A stretch of DNA of 64,000 bases from Eledone cirrhosa. Taxonomy: Eukaryota. The stretch covers positions 267,158,001 through 267,222,000 of the forward strand of contig OZ024740.1 in NCBI GenBank assembly GCA_964016885.1. The letters are read 5' to 3'. Under the pieces are notes generated by a model. It worked only from the letters and a program-made list of their open reading frames with translations. It was not told where the DNA came from and made no database searches. Position numbers and translations under genes: made by a program. Shown in pieces: positions 13,449-28,150 of this stretch; position 1 is the first letter of the stretch, and the number at the start of each line of letters is the position of its first letter.

Positions 13449-13873
13449 GACTGTCAATGTAGTATGGTCGTATTTATACATTTGCTGGTGGTAGGAGAGG
13501 GTGGTGATTGGGATGTGTGGAGGTCATTGGTTGATGGATTTAAAGAAAGGGGATTCTTATACTCTGTTATGTATTGAGTACCTTACTGTGGTTTCCCCCG
13601 ATTGAACCCGCAATAAACATATATATATATATATATGGAATTTGAGTGTTGACTGATGTGTGCGTGTTGTATGGCTATGAATGTGCAGGTGTCTGTTGAA
13701 TGCTCAGCCACCCTGTCCGTTAATTTCCTGAAAAACTCATCGTCGGAACCGACGGAAGAGCTGGACACGCATTATAAGGTTGATAGTCGTTTTAATGATC
13801 CCAGACGAACGAAGTAAACGTCAAATATCTTTCAGCTAGATTTGAACTTGGAACGATGGAGAATTTAATAATA

Positions 13874-14191
13874 CAGTGGGACCTCTGTTCCCCAACTTAA
13901 TTCGTTCCTGAAGGCCGTTCGTCATCCGAAATGTTCGTAAGCCGAAACTATTGTTTTCCATACGAAATCATGAAAGAGAAATACAGTGTGAGAGATTGTG
14001 TGAAAGACAGATCGATATCACCATAGAAACTAACAACACAGAAAGAAACGTTTTCCTCCTGAAACTCCAAGCCGGCTTACGTCTTCGTTACTTGAGACAC
14101 CGTTCATGAACCGAGACGTTTTATGTTCGGAAAAATTGTTCGTGGACCGATTTATTCGTAATGAGAGGCGTTCGTGAACCGAGGTCCACTG
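13874..14191. mobile_element. pogo/Tigger-type MITE
   Basis: TA|CAGTGGGACCTC ... GAGGTCCACTG|TA with internal TTCG(T) motifs. Confidence 0.75.
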
Positions 14192-14434
14192 TATAATGTA
14201 AACACCTCTCAAATCAACGATTTACTCTGTCTTCCATTTTATAATCATAAAACTATGTTATTATATGTTGTGTCGGTGGAATGGCAGCATCGGTAGAGCA
14301 TCGGATACCATGCTTAGCGACATATAATTTCGTCTAATTACGTTCTGAGTTCAAATCCCACTGAAGTTAGCTTTGCCTTTCATTCTTACAGGGTAGATAA
14401 AATAAGGTACCAGTAACGGACTGAGAGTTATTTA

Positions 14435-14603
14435 CCGTATTTCCCGGCCCCGAAGACGCTTCGTCCTCGAGGATGGACCCTACGTTTGATAAACCAAAAA
14501 TTTGAAAAAAAATAATAAACACCCTTCGGCCTCCAGGACGCATGGTACATTTTAAAGACTTATTTTAGGAAAAAAGTAGCGTCTTCGACGCCGGGAATCA
14601 CGG
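14435..14603. mobile_element. pogo-type MITE nested in an OK-type SINE (about 14275-14660)
   Basis: TA|CCGTATTTCCCGGCCCCGAAGACGC ... GCGTCTTCGACGCCGGGAATCACGG|TA; SINE core before it and SINE tail after it. Confidence 0.75.
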
Positions 14604-14873
14604 TAGTTGATTTTCGGCTCCCAAAAAATTGTTGGCCTTGTGTCTAAATCGGAAACCATTATATGTTGTGACATCATCACTGATCGTAACACCTACTTTA
14701 CTAAACTTAACTATATTAACGATATTGCCTACAAGTCGCCTAAACTTGTGCCTATAATGTGTCCGATAATTTATCTATATTACATTATCATATATTGCGA
14801 TTATACGAAAAACATCATACTAAAATCATTTGGCTGTGATTAGTAACATTTTTTTACTACGAGAGAAAGAAAG

Positions 14874-14905
<32 letters not shown>

Positions 14906-14952
14906 TATATATATATATTCATGTATACATCGCTATTTCAGAGCACCATTCC

Positions 14953-15023
<71 letters not shown>

Positions 15024-15099
15024 CGAAGGAAATGTGGTAAGGAACCAGATGGACCATAACGCACCAAAGTACTCAATACTTAGGGTAGTAGAGTGGGTA

Positions 15100-15222
15100 A
15101 TAGGAACGAGTAGGACCCCGACGGCTGAGGTCAAGCCGTTTCGACGGCTAATTCTGGACTAGAATTAGTCCAGAATTAGCCGTCGAAACGGCTTGAGCTC
15201 AGCCGTCGGGGTCCTACTCGTT

Positions 15223-15227
<5 letters not shown>
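15100..15227. repeat. Fold-back palindrome (about 62-bp arms) carrying the 3' half of a hammerhead on each strand
   Basis: Arms complementary except one position; GAAAC GGCT tgagctc AGCC GTC at 15185-15207; lies between (TA)n tracts. Confidence 0.85.
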
Positions 15228-15298
<71 letters not shown>

Positions 15299-16039
15299 TA
15301 TATAATATACATATATGTAAATATGCATATTAATTGATTTTATTCCGGATTGATATTAGTTGTATTCATTTTATTTGTATCTCTAATTAATTTGTGGGTA
15401 TATATATCAATATTTCTGATAATTTTGTTTTAGTTGAAGGAGGCGCTCTTGAGCACCTTCAACTTGTGCGGAAAGGGATCAAGAGTCAGTACGTACAAGG
15501 CAGACGAGAGGAAGCATCCTTGACGGACCGAGTGTCAAACAACATACTTGGTTGCGTAGAGTTACGACCCTGTGCGTTCTGAGTTCAAGTTTCGCCGAGG
15601 TTAGCTTTGCCTTTCATCCTTACGAGGTCGATGAAATAAAATACCAGTAAGTTTGGGGTAGATTTAATCGTTTTGCCTCCCCACCCCCTCTTTTAAATTG
15701 CTGGCCTTGTGACTAAAATAGAAACAATTATTATTATTATTATTTGACTATTTAATGGTGGTGGATTGGCTGTATCGGTAGAGGGTCGGACGCCATGCTT
15801 TGCAGCATAGAGTTATGACCCTTCATGATCTGAGTTCAAATCCCGCCAAGGTTAACTTTGCCTTTCATCCTTACGGGGTCGATAAAATAAAGTACCAGTC
15901 ACGTACTGGGGTCGGTTTAATCTACTCCCCCCCCCCCAAATTGCTGGCATTATGCCTATATAAGAAACCATTATTTGACTATCTATCACAACCAACTTTG
16001 ATGTTGCTTTGGGCCTGTCATTTTAGGGAATACTGGGCT

Positions 16040-17592
16040 ACAACTAGTAGCCTAGGGTAACTCCAAACTTGCATATCCTTCCTTGTCCTTTCACTTCTGC
16101 TGGTAGTCTAGGACATTTTCTCAATATTTGAACTGTTCCCAGTAGGCATGTCTTCTGCAGTGGTTCAATCCCTTGTGCAAAGTCTATCTTCGACTGGTAG
16201 TTTTCAAGGTTCTTTGTTACCATGCCAAGAGCACCAATCACCACTGGAACAATGGTGACTGTCTTCACTTCATTACTCCAGCATTTCAAAATCTCATATC
16301 TTAAGTGTGTATAAACTATTTCCCACTCTTTTCGTTCAATTCTGGTGTCAAAAGGACACTCTACGTCTGTTAGGGCAGAGGTTCTCTTCTTCTCAATTAA
16401 GACAATATCTGATTTGTTGTGCTCAATCTTCACCTCGGTCTGAATGGAAAATTGCTGAGTGTACAGGATGTTGTCAAATAGAATCTTTACTTCCTATTTT
16501 TAATGTAGAAACCCATACCACCTTCTTCTATTTTGTTTCCAATACAGCCTGTCTGCATCACCTTGGAGGTTTATACTTCGATAGATAATGGGCATTTTCC
16601 TAGTTTTCTAATCAATTACCTTCAACTATACTTTCGTCCATTTTTCTATACCTGCACCACACTTAATTATTGAAATAGTTCTGGCGTTTATTGCTTGTAA
16701 AGTATTTCCTTCATTCAAACTGGAATTGAGGATCGTCTTGAATCTTCGAAAGTATTTTTTTCTGACAACTTCTTTCATTTTTTTGGTTAAATTTGGCTTT
16801 TTACTGTATGGCTTTGTAGTACACGTAGATATTTATAGCTTACCTCAGTTCCCAGTAACTTGATTCTTTCACCGTCTGGTAGTTCAGTTCCATCACACCT
16901 TACCATCTTTCCACGCTTCACCGCTATCATTGCACACTTTGAATGCCGAACTCCACCTCAATGTCTTCAGAAATTACTCTGACTGTTTACATTAAGGTGT
17001 CCAGGTCTTCTACACGACCACTGTAAAGTTTGAAATCATTCATAAACAATAGAGGATTGAGGTTGCTTCTATCGTTCCCTAGTTTGTATCCGATTGGCAC
17101 ATTTTAAGAACAACTAACAGGAGTATCATTGCAACAATAAACACAATTGGTGATAAACTGCCTCCTTGGAAGATGCCCACTTCACCTAATCTTTCTCCAG
17201 CTGATGTCAATTCTACGTTCCATTTAGCCATTGATTTCTCTATAAGGGTCTTGATGTTGTTTGATACCTTAAAAATATCTAAACAGTGAAGAAACGAAGA
17301 CTGCAGCACCATGTCATATACCTTCTTGTAGACAATTCAAGCAATTGGCAAACCTCTTTTCGCAGTTCTTCAGTACCATTATATCAATCATCAGCTGGTC
17401 TTTCGTTCCTCTGCTATTACACTTACACCTTTTCTACTCGTAAGGAAGCAGATTTTTCTCTGTCTATGTGTATATACATTTCTTGAGTTAATATTCCTGC
17501 TTGAAGCTTCCATATCAAGGGAAGACATGTAATTGGTCTGAAATTTGAAACTTCGCTGCCCTTACTCTCATCTTTCAGTATCAAGCATGTTA
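16040..17592 (-). mobile_element. Degenerate R4/Dong-like RLE non-LTR retrotransposon
   Basis: RT motifs NFRPITCLP and GIFQGGSLSP; RLE C-terminus HNKSDIVLIEK..DVECPFD..VPVVIGALG..LQKTCLLGT; many frameshifts. Confidence 0.8.
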
Positions 17593-17738
17593 TTGATTAG
17601 GCTCAGGTACGAAGGTTTAGCATATGAGTGGCTCAGGTCTGTATTTGTGTTATAGACCCGACTCTAGCCTCAACCTGCTCATCAGACTTGTTAATTAAGC
17701 AAGACCAGAATCTCATCATGTTTTTCTCTTCATAACAA

Positions 17739-17859
<121 letters not shown>

Positions 17860-18109
17860 GATATATATAACGAAATCACATAATGATATGTATGAAATAT
17901 TCCATGCTGATGTACTTTGATATTTTAATTGAACTATAGGAGTATCGCCCCATTTCCTAACTTACATGTCATACACGATTTTTCAAATTTATAATTCATT
18001 ATAAAATATTGTATTTCCTATTGATTGGCATATTCAATGTTACTATATATATTTTTTGTTGGCCTTTAGAATGCTATAAATCATAGTGAAATATTTATAT
18101 AGCTATATA

Positions 18110-18199
<90 letters not shown>

Positions 18200-18203
<4 letters not shown>

Positions 18204-19314
18204 GGTCTATGCTAAGTGTCTGTGGCAAAAAGAAGATGCAGGGAGATTGCCGAGTCCAAGATAACCGATGAACATTACGGTTTTCGCCCCGGACGCAGCA
18301 CAGCCGACCAAATATTCATACAGAGACACGTCTTCGATAAATCGTGAGAGTATTTCCAAGAAGTATATTCTTGTTCTGTAGACCTCGGGGGGATCTGCTG
18401 TGGAAGACTGTGCAGGAGTGTGGGATCGATGATCAGCTTCTTGCTGCCCTGATGTCTCTATACGAATGCCCGAGTATTTGTCATTGGATAAATCATGTTA
18501 AATCAAAACCATTAAATGTGGGAGTCGGACTTCGCCAAGTGTGCGTACTGTCACCTCTCTTGTACCATTATTTTCATGAACAGGATCGGCATGCGCAACC
18601 GGGTTAGAATGAAAATCAATGCTTCAAAAACTGAGACACTCGAACTCTCAAGGAAGCTTGAACAGTGCACTCTACATGTGAATGGAGTTCCACTGAAGCA
18701 GGTGGAGAAATTCAAGTATCTTCGGGCCGTGTTCCTGAGTGATGGAAGGCAGGAGAGTGAATTAAGTGCAAGAATTACCGGGATTGGTGCAGTAATGCGC
18801 CAGCTTAAGCATTCGGAGGAAGGGAGGTAGGTGTAAAAGCCAAACTCACTATCTTCAATTCGGTATTCGTGCTAACCCTTACCTGTGGTCATGAATCTAG
18901 GGTAATAACCAAAAGAATACGATCGTGAATACAAACAGCCGAAATGGGGTTCATCCGAAGGGTCTTTAGAGTAACGTTACTCGATAGAGTGCGGAGCTCG
19001 GAGATCAGAAAGTCACTCCAGGTGGAGCTGCTACTTCTCCAAATTGAGAGATCACAACTCCGATATTATGGGCATGTGGTTAGAATGTCTCAGGAAAGAA
19101 TCGCTGGATAGATTTTACGCGCAAAGCCACTGGCAGGAAACCCAGGGGTAGATCCCGAGCGAGATGGTTGGATAACATCCATGAGATTGGCTGGTCTCGC
19201 TTGCAGATCCAACCGGATCAGTTGGGGACGGTTGTTTCTGATAAAACCCGCTGAAGTGAGTGTCTGAGGACTCGGCCCCCACGACCCTCTCAGGAATAAG
19301 TGGGCGAAGAAGAA

Positions 19315-19317
<3 letters not shown>
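18200..19317 (+). mobile_element. RTE LINE family 1 (Rex3/Expander-like), 3' part
   Basis: VGLRQVCVLSPLL and LKQVEKFKYL motifs; 3' end caggaataagtgggcgaagaagaag. Confidence 0.85.
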
Positions 19318-19800
<483 letters not shown>

Positions 19801-19860
19801 ATAAAGTGAAATAGAAGGAGGCAAAATATGTTGAATTTCCTTAATGTTTTATTACTGTAA

Positions 19861-19918
19861 ACACTATGCACATTTCAGTGGCCAGATTGCGTAAGAACCC
19901 GGTGACCTCATCAGGTGT
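19861..19918 (-). ncRNA. Type I hammerhead ribozyme (family B-related) with complete core
   Basis: Minus: acac CTGATGA ggtcaccggg...ctggccact GAAA TGTGCA TA gtgt. Confidence 0.7.
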
Positions 19919-20052
19919 AAATTGTGTAATAGATGTATACCAACTGAATGAGGGTAAGCTTTAAGGAAACAAGCAAATAAAAAGTGTGTGGTATGTTTTT
20001 AACCCTGAGACGGACGTAGTAGCATGCTGCCACATTGCTCGCCCGCCTCTGA

Positions 20053-20107
<55 letters not shown>

Positions 20108-20112
20108 TAGAA

Positions 20113-20167
20113 GGAGCTTCTACAGGACTAGTACTGTTTCATTCAGATGAAATCTTCAGGAAGCTCC
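20113..20167 (-). ncRNA. Type I hammerhead ribozyme (family A), best-preserved copy; left arm of the 20104-20223 palindrome
   Basis: Minus: ggagcttc CTGAAGA tttca tc tgaat GAAAC AG tactagtc CT GTA gaagctcc; perfect 8-bp stem I, palindromic ACTAGT in loop III; mirror copy on + at 20162-20213. Confidence 0.85.
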
Positions 20168-20297
20168 TGAAGATTTCATCTGAATGAAACAGTACTAGTC
20201 CTGTAGAAGCTCCTTCTATAAAATAAAAAAAAATTACTCTGCCATGTATTGAGTACCTTACTTACTGTGGTTATCCCCGACTCAACCCGGGACCTAC

Positions 20298-20346
<49 letters not shown>

Positions 20347-20515
20347 TCTGTCCTTCCTATGTTTTCTATACATAAGAAAATATTTATAACTGTTTCATGC
20401 AGAGCTGAATAGAGCTTTTAAAAGAATTGATAGCAAATCTTTCCTACGTTTATTATAAATACGGAAACAGATCGTATATGCTTTTATATGCAACCCTATG
20501 ATGCACACACAGACA

Positions 20516-20661
<146 letters not shown>

Positions 20662-21856
20662 TATACAAACACACACACACACTCATATATATATATATAT
20701 ATATTATACTCATTGATGTTTTCTATACATTAGACAATTTATAACTGTTTGGGGGCTGTACTAGATACAGATCTCTTATCAAAGTTATTATCCCCCAATA
20801 TTCTGATCTTATATAAAATAAACTGACATAGAGTATATTTAGTAACAAGTATCAGATCTAATCATCTGGTATTAGAACTTTAAATGTTCCACAATATATT
20901 TTATGTACTTTTAAAAATGTTTTTGTTTGTTATTTTTATATATATACATACATACATATATATATATATATATTTCAATGTTAGATAAAATAAATAATAA
21001 ATGTTATACAATAAACGTATTTATGTCTTATTTTTTAATTGTATAAATTTCATTTAATATGTGAGTGTCGGCTGAAAAGTTCTAGGCTGACTAGGAATGA
21101 TTGATGCTAGAGCTATGAAATCTTGCATGCATTAATTTCAGCTCTCCTTATTAATAACTAATGTTTCTTTCTTAATGAAAAATAAACCTCATTTGATCAT
21201 TCCATGAGAGTATCTTGGTCAGCGTATGAACATTTCAGCCGATCTTCCTACGTTATGAATTTGCTGATGATTTTCGTTTTTAATGTTTAATTGAAGAAGG
21301 AAGGGCTAAGCTTATCATCCTTTTCAGTTCCTCCAAGACTTCTGGGAAAGAAAGGTGAATGAGAAATGTATCCTCAAACTGGAAACCTAACTCTACATAC
21401 TTCCAACAGAGGGAACCCAACTAAAGGCACCCAACTCACCGACGGGTGTTAAACCGAGTGACGGATTAACCGAGATAAATATACCAGGCAAGTACTGCGG
21501 AAGACAGGCCGATAGTCTATACATAGAAATTTGCAAATAAGTTTTGGAGATGCTCATTTGTGTATAAGTTTTGGAGATGCTCATTTGTGTATATTAGCTG
21601 TGGCATTAACACCACGTGCTTCAGAATAGAGACTATATGGAAGCATATAGTTTATATTTATGCATAATAAGCATACATAAATCTCGATGTGGGTAATTTT
21701 AAGTTTTGCTCGTGTCACAGCTACACCAGTAACCGTGTGAGAATGCCAAATACTATTTCAGGGTATTTATCCATCTTCAGTGACATTTACATTTACCAGT
21801 AACGACTGGGGTCGATTTACTCGACTTTCCCCTTACTTAAAATTGCTGGCCATATA

Positions 21857-21942
<86 letters not shown>

Positions 21943-21989
21943 CCTTTTTCTCTATCTCTCCCTCTCTCTCAAAAATCTACAAAAGTCAT

Positions 21990-22917
21990 GCATGTACATA
22001 TAAAATATTAGAAATAAAAGACCCCAGTCTCTTAAATTAAAAAATTTATAACAAATAATATAATTATTTTACAAGTTATTGAGCATTCCCTCCCTTGAAA
22101 AAGAAAAGAAAAAAGCAACTCCGAGAGCTCCATGAAGGTCGTCCTTGTTTTTTAAGTTCAAATCCCACCGCTGTCAAATTTGCCATTGAGCTTTCCCTCC
22201 GTTTGATAAAGTGACAATCAAATACTCATGTCGATTTCATCGACTTTTCCCATCTAATTTGCTAGCATCGTCCATAAATTCAAAGCTTGGCAGTATCGGT
22301 AGAGGGTCGGACGCCATGCTTTGACGCATAGAGTTACGGCCCTTGTCATTATGAGTTCAAATCCCGCCGAGGTTAACTTTGCCGTTCATCGTTACGGGGT
22401 CGATAAAATAAAGTACCAGTAATGAACTGAGTAATTGCTGGCCTTGTGCCAAAAGTAGAAACAATTATTTAACTTAAAACTGAAAGAGTTATTTCCCTTA
22501 GATACTGAATATATAATATAAAATTTTAATGGGAAATAACTGTTTCTACTTTAGGCACAAGGCCAGCAATTACCCAGTGCATTACTGGTACTTTATTTTA
22601 TCGACCCCGTAAGGATGAAAGGCAAAGTCAACCTCGGCGGGATTTGAACTCAGATCGTAAATGGACGTAACTATGCTGGAAAGCATGGTGTCCGACTCTC
22701 TACCGATACTGCCAATCCACCGCCCTTTAATGGGAAATAACTCTGTAAAACTAATTTAGAACGACCTTGCGCTCTCCGAGTTGATTTTCTTTTTTTTTTC
22801 TTTTTCAAGGGAGAGAATTCTCAATAACTTGTAAAATAAGTATATTATTTGTCAAGACAATTTTTTTTAATTTAAGAGAGTGAGAACTTTTGTTTCTAAT
22901 ATTTTATATGTGCATGT
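21990..22917. repeat. Diverged inverted repeat (about 140-bp arms) enclosing convergent SINEs
   Basis: 21990-22130 is complementary to 22770-22917; + SINE at 22286-22470, - SINE at 22540-22722 flanked by a tttaatgggaaataact duplication. Confidence 0.75.
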
Positions 22918-22973
22918 GTTTGACAGGGGTGGGATTTGAACTCAAAAAACAAGGGGACATAACTAAAAGCATA

Positions 22974-23159
22974 CGAGGGTCGGCTGAAAAGTTTATAGGC
23001 TGACCAAGATACTCTCATGGAATGACCAAATGATGTTTATTTTTCAACATAGTGCCTGAAAAGAAACAATGCATTTATTAATAATTAATGAATGCAAGGT
23101 TTCACACCTCTGGCATCACTTCTTCATAGTCAGCCTATTAACGTTTCAGTCGGCCCTCG
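22974..23159. mobile_element. mariner-derived MITE
   Basis: TA|CGAGGGTCGGCTGAAAAGTT ... AACGTTTCAGTCGGCCCTCG; relatives at about 10170-10345 and 21060-21250. Confidence 0.75.
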
Positions 23160-23169
23160 AATCTTCTTT

Positions 23170-23224
<55 letters not shown>

Positions 23225-23498
23225 CTCTACTGATTCTGGGCGATTCTAAGGTTGAATGCAAAGCAATGTTCTCAGTTGATGACAACACTGGGTCTTCGGG
23301 AGTTGTTAGGAGCCGTCAAAGCTTTTCTTCATACCTACTTGGTAGATTATTGAAGAGGTATCAAATTTGATTGAATGGCTCTAGTGTTGGTTTAGGCTGT
23401 CTCAAAGTATATTTGTCTACAGAGGAGCAATGTTTGAGATAGTTGATCCGCCAAGCTGACAGTTCAAGAAGTTTTACTGGTTTTATTTATACAAGATA

Positions 23499-23543
<45 letters not shown>

Positions 23544-24354
23544 TACCCACTGATGGTAGTAAGAAGGAAAATTGTCGACAAAGTCTTGATTTCAATTAAA
23601 CAATATAATGGTTTCTGATTTAGACACAAGGCCAACAATTTTGGAGCAGGGGAATGTCGATTAAATCAAGCCCATTACATTACTGGTACTTTATTTTATC
23701 AACCCTATGAGGATGAAAGGCAAAGCTAACCTTGGCTGGATTAGAAACCAGAACGTAAAGGGCCGTAACTTTATGCCGCGAAGCATGTTGTCCAACGCTC
23801 TACCGATACTGCTAATCCACCTCCCTCATAACAAGACAATATAATAAAAGAATTTACTTACGTGCCTACACACACTCATGACAAAACACTTACTCTCCCC
23901 ACCATTCATATCCCGTAATTCTCACTTCTTCGTCCAACCATACCAACATCTAAAGACGGGAGCAGCCATCAAAGTACCACCATACATTTCTCTTTAATGC
24001 CACCTCTCTTTCTATCGGCAAGCAACATGCAGCCAAGCCACTGATCTCCCTCAAGATACCTATCACTGCCTTACCAGCTCGCACGAGGATATCAGCGCCA
24101 TAGCGTTGAAAAGTGAATGTTGGTGTCAAAATAAAATGCACCCCCACCCCCACTGTAAAACGTTATTGCTAGTGTTACAATAAAAAGCACCCAGTCTACC
24201 TCGTCAGGTGGGAGTGGTGGTGTCACAACGAGAACGCAGCTGGTAAACGCCGTACAGTAGTTGGTCTTAGGAATTGTACATATATATATTTGTGTATATT
24301 AAGAATGTATATATATATATATATATTATATGTGTGTGTTAGGAAAGCCCTGAT

Positions 24355-24406
24355 GCTTTCCAAATGATTTCCTTGGAATGAAACAGTTCTAGTCCTGTAG
24401 AAGCCA
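24355..24406 (+). ncRNA. Hammerhead family A copy with mutated core
   Basis: gctttc CAAATGA tttccttggaat GAAAC AG ttctagtc CT GTA gaagcc. Confidence 0.55.
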
Positions 24407-24434
24407 TTTCTATATTAAATAAATAAATAAATAA

Positions 24435-24476
<42 letters not shown>

Positions 24477-24526
24477 AAATGTGTGTAATCCTTGGTACAG
24501 TTAGGTATATTAAGACAGGGGGGAAG

Positions 24527-24929
24527 AAAAAATGGCTTCACTTGTGCTTTCAACAAATTTATTTTCTTCACAAAATCCAAAAAGATTACTGCTATTAACA
24601 CTTGTTCAACACACCTACACCCATGCACTTATTAAAGGGGGAGAAAAGAAACCCCCACCACACCACAGACATGTTAAATCCCTATATATAGAACAACACA
24701 CCACATACACATCAGTTTGACAAGCGCACCTCAGCGTGAAAGGTCTTTCTAAAAACGATACAATACCTCCTACGTTAACCAAGAACTCCTAAGACCTAAC
24801 CAACAACCAACAACTTAATTTATAAAATAATTTTTTTTAAGGAAAAAAATTTTTTCTAATCCGGAAAAATATTCTTTTGGGATTTTGTGAAGAAAATAAA
24901 TTTGTTGAAAGCACAAGTGAAGCCATTTT
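24527..24929. mobile_element. Element bounded by about 58-bp inverted repeats
   Basis: aaaatggcttcacttgtgctttcaacaaatttattttcttcacaaaatcc is mirrored at 24875-24929. Confidence 0.6.
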
Positions 24930-25189
24930 GAGGGATCAGCTGTCTCTGAGACAAATATAAAGAATACAGTTTTGTCCTGCAGATTTTTTACAAAATCTCG
25001 GGAATGGAATTTTACCCGCCCTATATATGAATAAAAAATATGGGCGAAGATAGGAAAAATGAACGAATACAGTAAGTATTCTCATCAATTGACCGCTACA
25101 GATACTTTGTTTCGGTGCTTTAAGGTCGAGACAATTGCACAAAGGACAGTGAAATAATTGTTCGAAAATATATATTGCAATCACCATTC

Positions 25190-26195
25190 AACACTGCAAG
25201 AACTGGCGTTGGGTCTGCGACCTGACCCGACAGTGTGGGATAGATGTCCAAAGGTTACGTATCCCGAAACCCGAAGCATCCGGAAGGGAGCAAACGTTGA
25301 CAATTGGTAGTTGGAATGTTACAAAACTTACAAGTAAGGAGCGGGTCCAGTGGAAGAGGTTAGATGCTACCGGCTAGATACAGTCGGGGTTTACTCAACA
25401 AAGTTCCTTGGCTGTAGATTTGGAGGGAGGATGGAAACTCCGCTATTCAGGTGGGGCGCCAGAAATGGATGCATAGTCGGGAGTGTGGATATCCACAAGT
25501 CCCCGGTTGTCAGAATGTGTTATGGACTGGATACTATGGTGTGTGTGTGTGTGTGGGGGGGTCTCTTGAAGCTTTGTCTGAAATAAAGGTTTATGGGGGT
25601 AGTGTAAGTGTATGCTCCAACCAGAGAGTCTGAATACAGATCCTTGCTTGATGAAGTCACTGCAGTGTTAGATGTAGTTAAGACTGAGCCATATATCCTA
25701 ATGGGAGACTTCAATGCACATATTAGCGCTGACCACCTGACATGGAACGGAGTGATTGGAAGGAACATCGATTGAGATCTAAATACGAATAGAAAGAGCT
25801 TATTAGACTTCTGTTCTAGTAATGGGCTCTCTTAAGAACACCCTCTTCCAGCACAAATAAATACATATAGTATAAAGGGAGTTGCAGACAGAGATCAATA
25901 ATTGATTTTGTAATTGTCTCTGATCTCTTTTATTCTGTGCCGGATGTTCGTTTTAAGAAGGGCTGAGTTGTCAGCTAATCACCATCGAGTTATCTACAGC
26001 CTGAAAATCCACACAACTGGCAGGTCCAGGTCGATCTACAGGGTAAAGTGAGAAGCGCTGGCAGATAAGGAAGTCAGGATCAGGTATTCGGATACTATTG
26101 CATCCAAATTCAGGGAACTCCCTGAGAAAACTGAGGACGTTGAAACGGAGTAGAGACTGTTCAGCTGGGTAGTTTCCGCTTCAGCTGTTAAATGC

Positions 26196-26198
<3 letters not shown>
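25190..26198 (+). mobile_element. RTE LINE family 1, APE endonuclease region, degenerate
   Basis: IGSWNVTKLT, VYAPT, LMGDFNAHI and IIDFVIVS motifs across frames. Confidence 0.8.
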
Positions 26199-26291
<93 letters not shown>

Positions 26292-26389
26292 ATCAAAAGA
26301 TATTATGTATACTCCAGTCCTACAAACTGTAGAGTGCTTCTTATCCGATATCTGCATTGCTTTATTGTACTACAATAAAACTCACCTCC

Positions 26390-26444
<55 letters not shown>

Positions 26445-26475
26445 AGTGTAATTTTCTACACAAAACGAAGGTTAT

Positions 26476-26794
<319 letters not shown>

Positions 26795-26798
26795 GGTG

Positions 26799-26848
<50 letters not shown>

Positions 26849-27846
26849 CACCATTTATATATATGGCTTATATATATGCATATATATGCTTATATATAAG
26901 CATATATATATGGCTTAGTAGTTAGAGCATTGGTGCATGACTTCATGATAAGAGCAATAGGCTTGCAATCAGGAGGTTGTGAGTTCGATTCTCGGACCGG
27001 ATGATGCGTTGTGTCCTTGAGCAAGACACTTTATTTCACGTTGTTCCAGTTTACTCAGCTGTAGAAATAAGTTGCGACGTCACTGGTGCCGAGTTGTATG
27101 GGCCTTTGCCGTTGTTTTGGAAAATATCGGTGGCATGGAGAGGGGAAGCTGGTATGCATGGGCGACTGCTGGTCTTCCACAAACAACCTTGCCCGGACTT
27201 GTGCTTCGGAGGGGAAATTTTTAGGTGCAAATCCTATGGTCATTCGTTTTTACCACACACACACAGAATATTGCAGAATACTCACACACACAGACATATA
27301 TGTGTATATATGCGTGAGTATTCTGCAAAATGATTGTACATGATCTTACACTTATTTTACCGCTACTTTCCGACTAAGTTGGAGAGGTCAGATTCATTGA
27401 AAACGCGGAAAAAACACTAGAAAATATATTTTAAAAATTCCCACAAAAGAGTGTGCGAAACTCCGAGGCTTCTCCGTTTCCGTTTTTGGAGAGGGGGCGG
27501 GGGGTCATTACGAAAGAGTTGAAGTCAGATTAGTTGAAAACACACGAAAAAAAAAAAAAGAAAAAAAAGGTAAAAAGGGAAAACAATTTCTCACCGAACC
27601 TCAGCGGATCCTTTTCTTTTGAATTTACTTTTTTTCAACTTCCGACTTTAAATCAATATTGCGACGTTTTATTCAATTGTATAACATTACAAATAAAAAA
27701 TATAATAATATAATGCTTACAGAACGAAAACACAAACACACATATATATATAAATATAAACGCAAAAATGAGAGATAAAAACATTCAAAAAGAAAAAAGA
27801 AGGGGTGCAATACCCCACCAAGTGCGTCAATCGGCCGTACATTGCA

Positions 27847-28150
27847 TTATAAGGGTTGACTAAACACTTTGAGGTAAGCCAACACGCTCGTAGCATTGCC
27901 ACGGGTGATGACGCGACTAAGGCGCTGAAACAACCAGGTACCCTCACAAGCATCACTTGATACCTCAGTAAGGCAAGCCGCCAATGATGACAAGAACTTA
28001 GCTGTCAGCGGCCCAACTCCACCAAACGTCTCGAACACCACAGGCTCGAAAAAATAAATACTGGATAAATCCAGATATTTCCGAATTTTATTCCGTTCGG
28101 CAACGAAAACAGTGACCTCCACATTTACCGCTGCGTCCATGATGTGGGAA
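27847..28150 (-). mobile_element. C-terminal restriction-like endonuclease region of a CRE-type non-LTR retrotransposon
   Basis: AERNKIRKY..YFFEPVVFETFGGVG..FLSSLA...WLFQRLSRVITRGNATSVL; open frame. Confidence 0.75.

Noticed and set aside
23220-23480. Unique-looking stretch that might be a coding exon
   Set aside because: No recognisable motif or consistent splice signals, and the frame I translated contains stops; probably an old TE fragment
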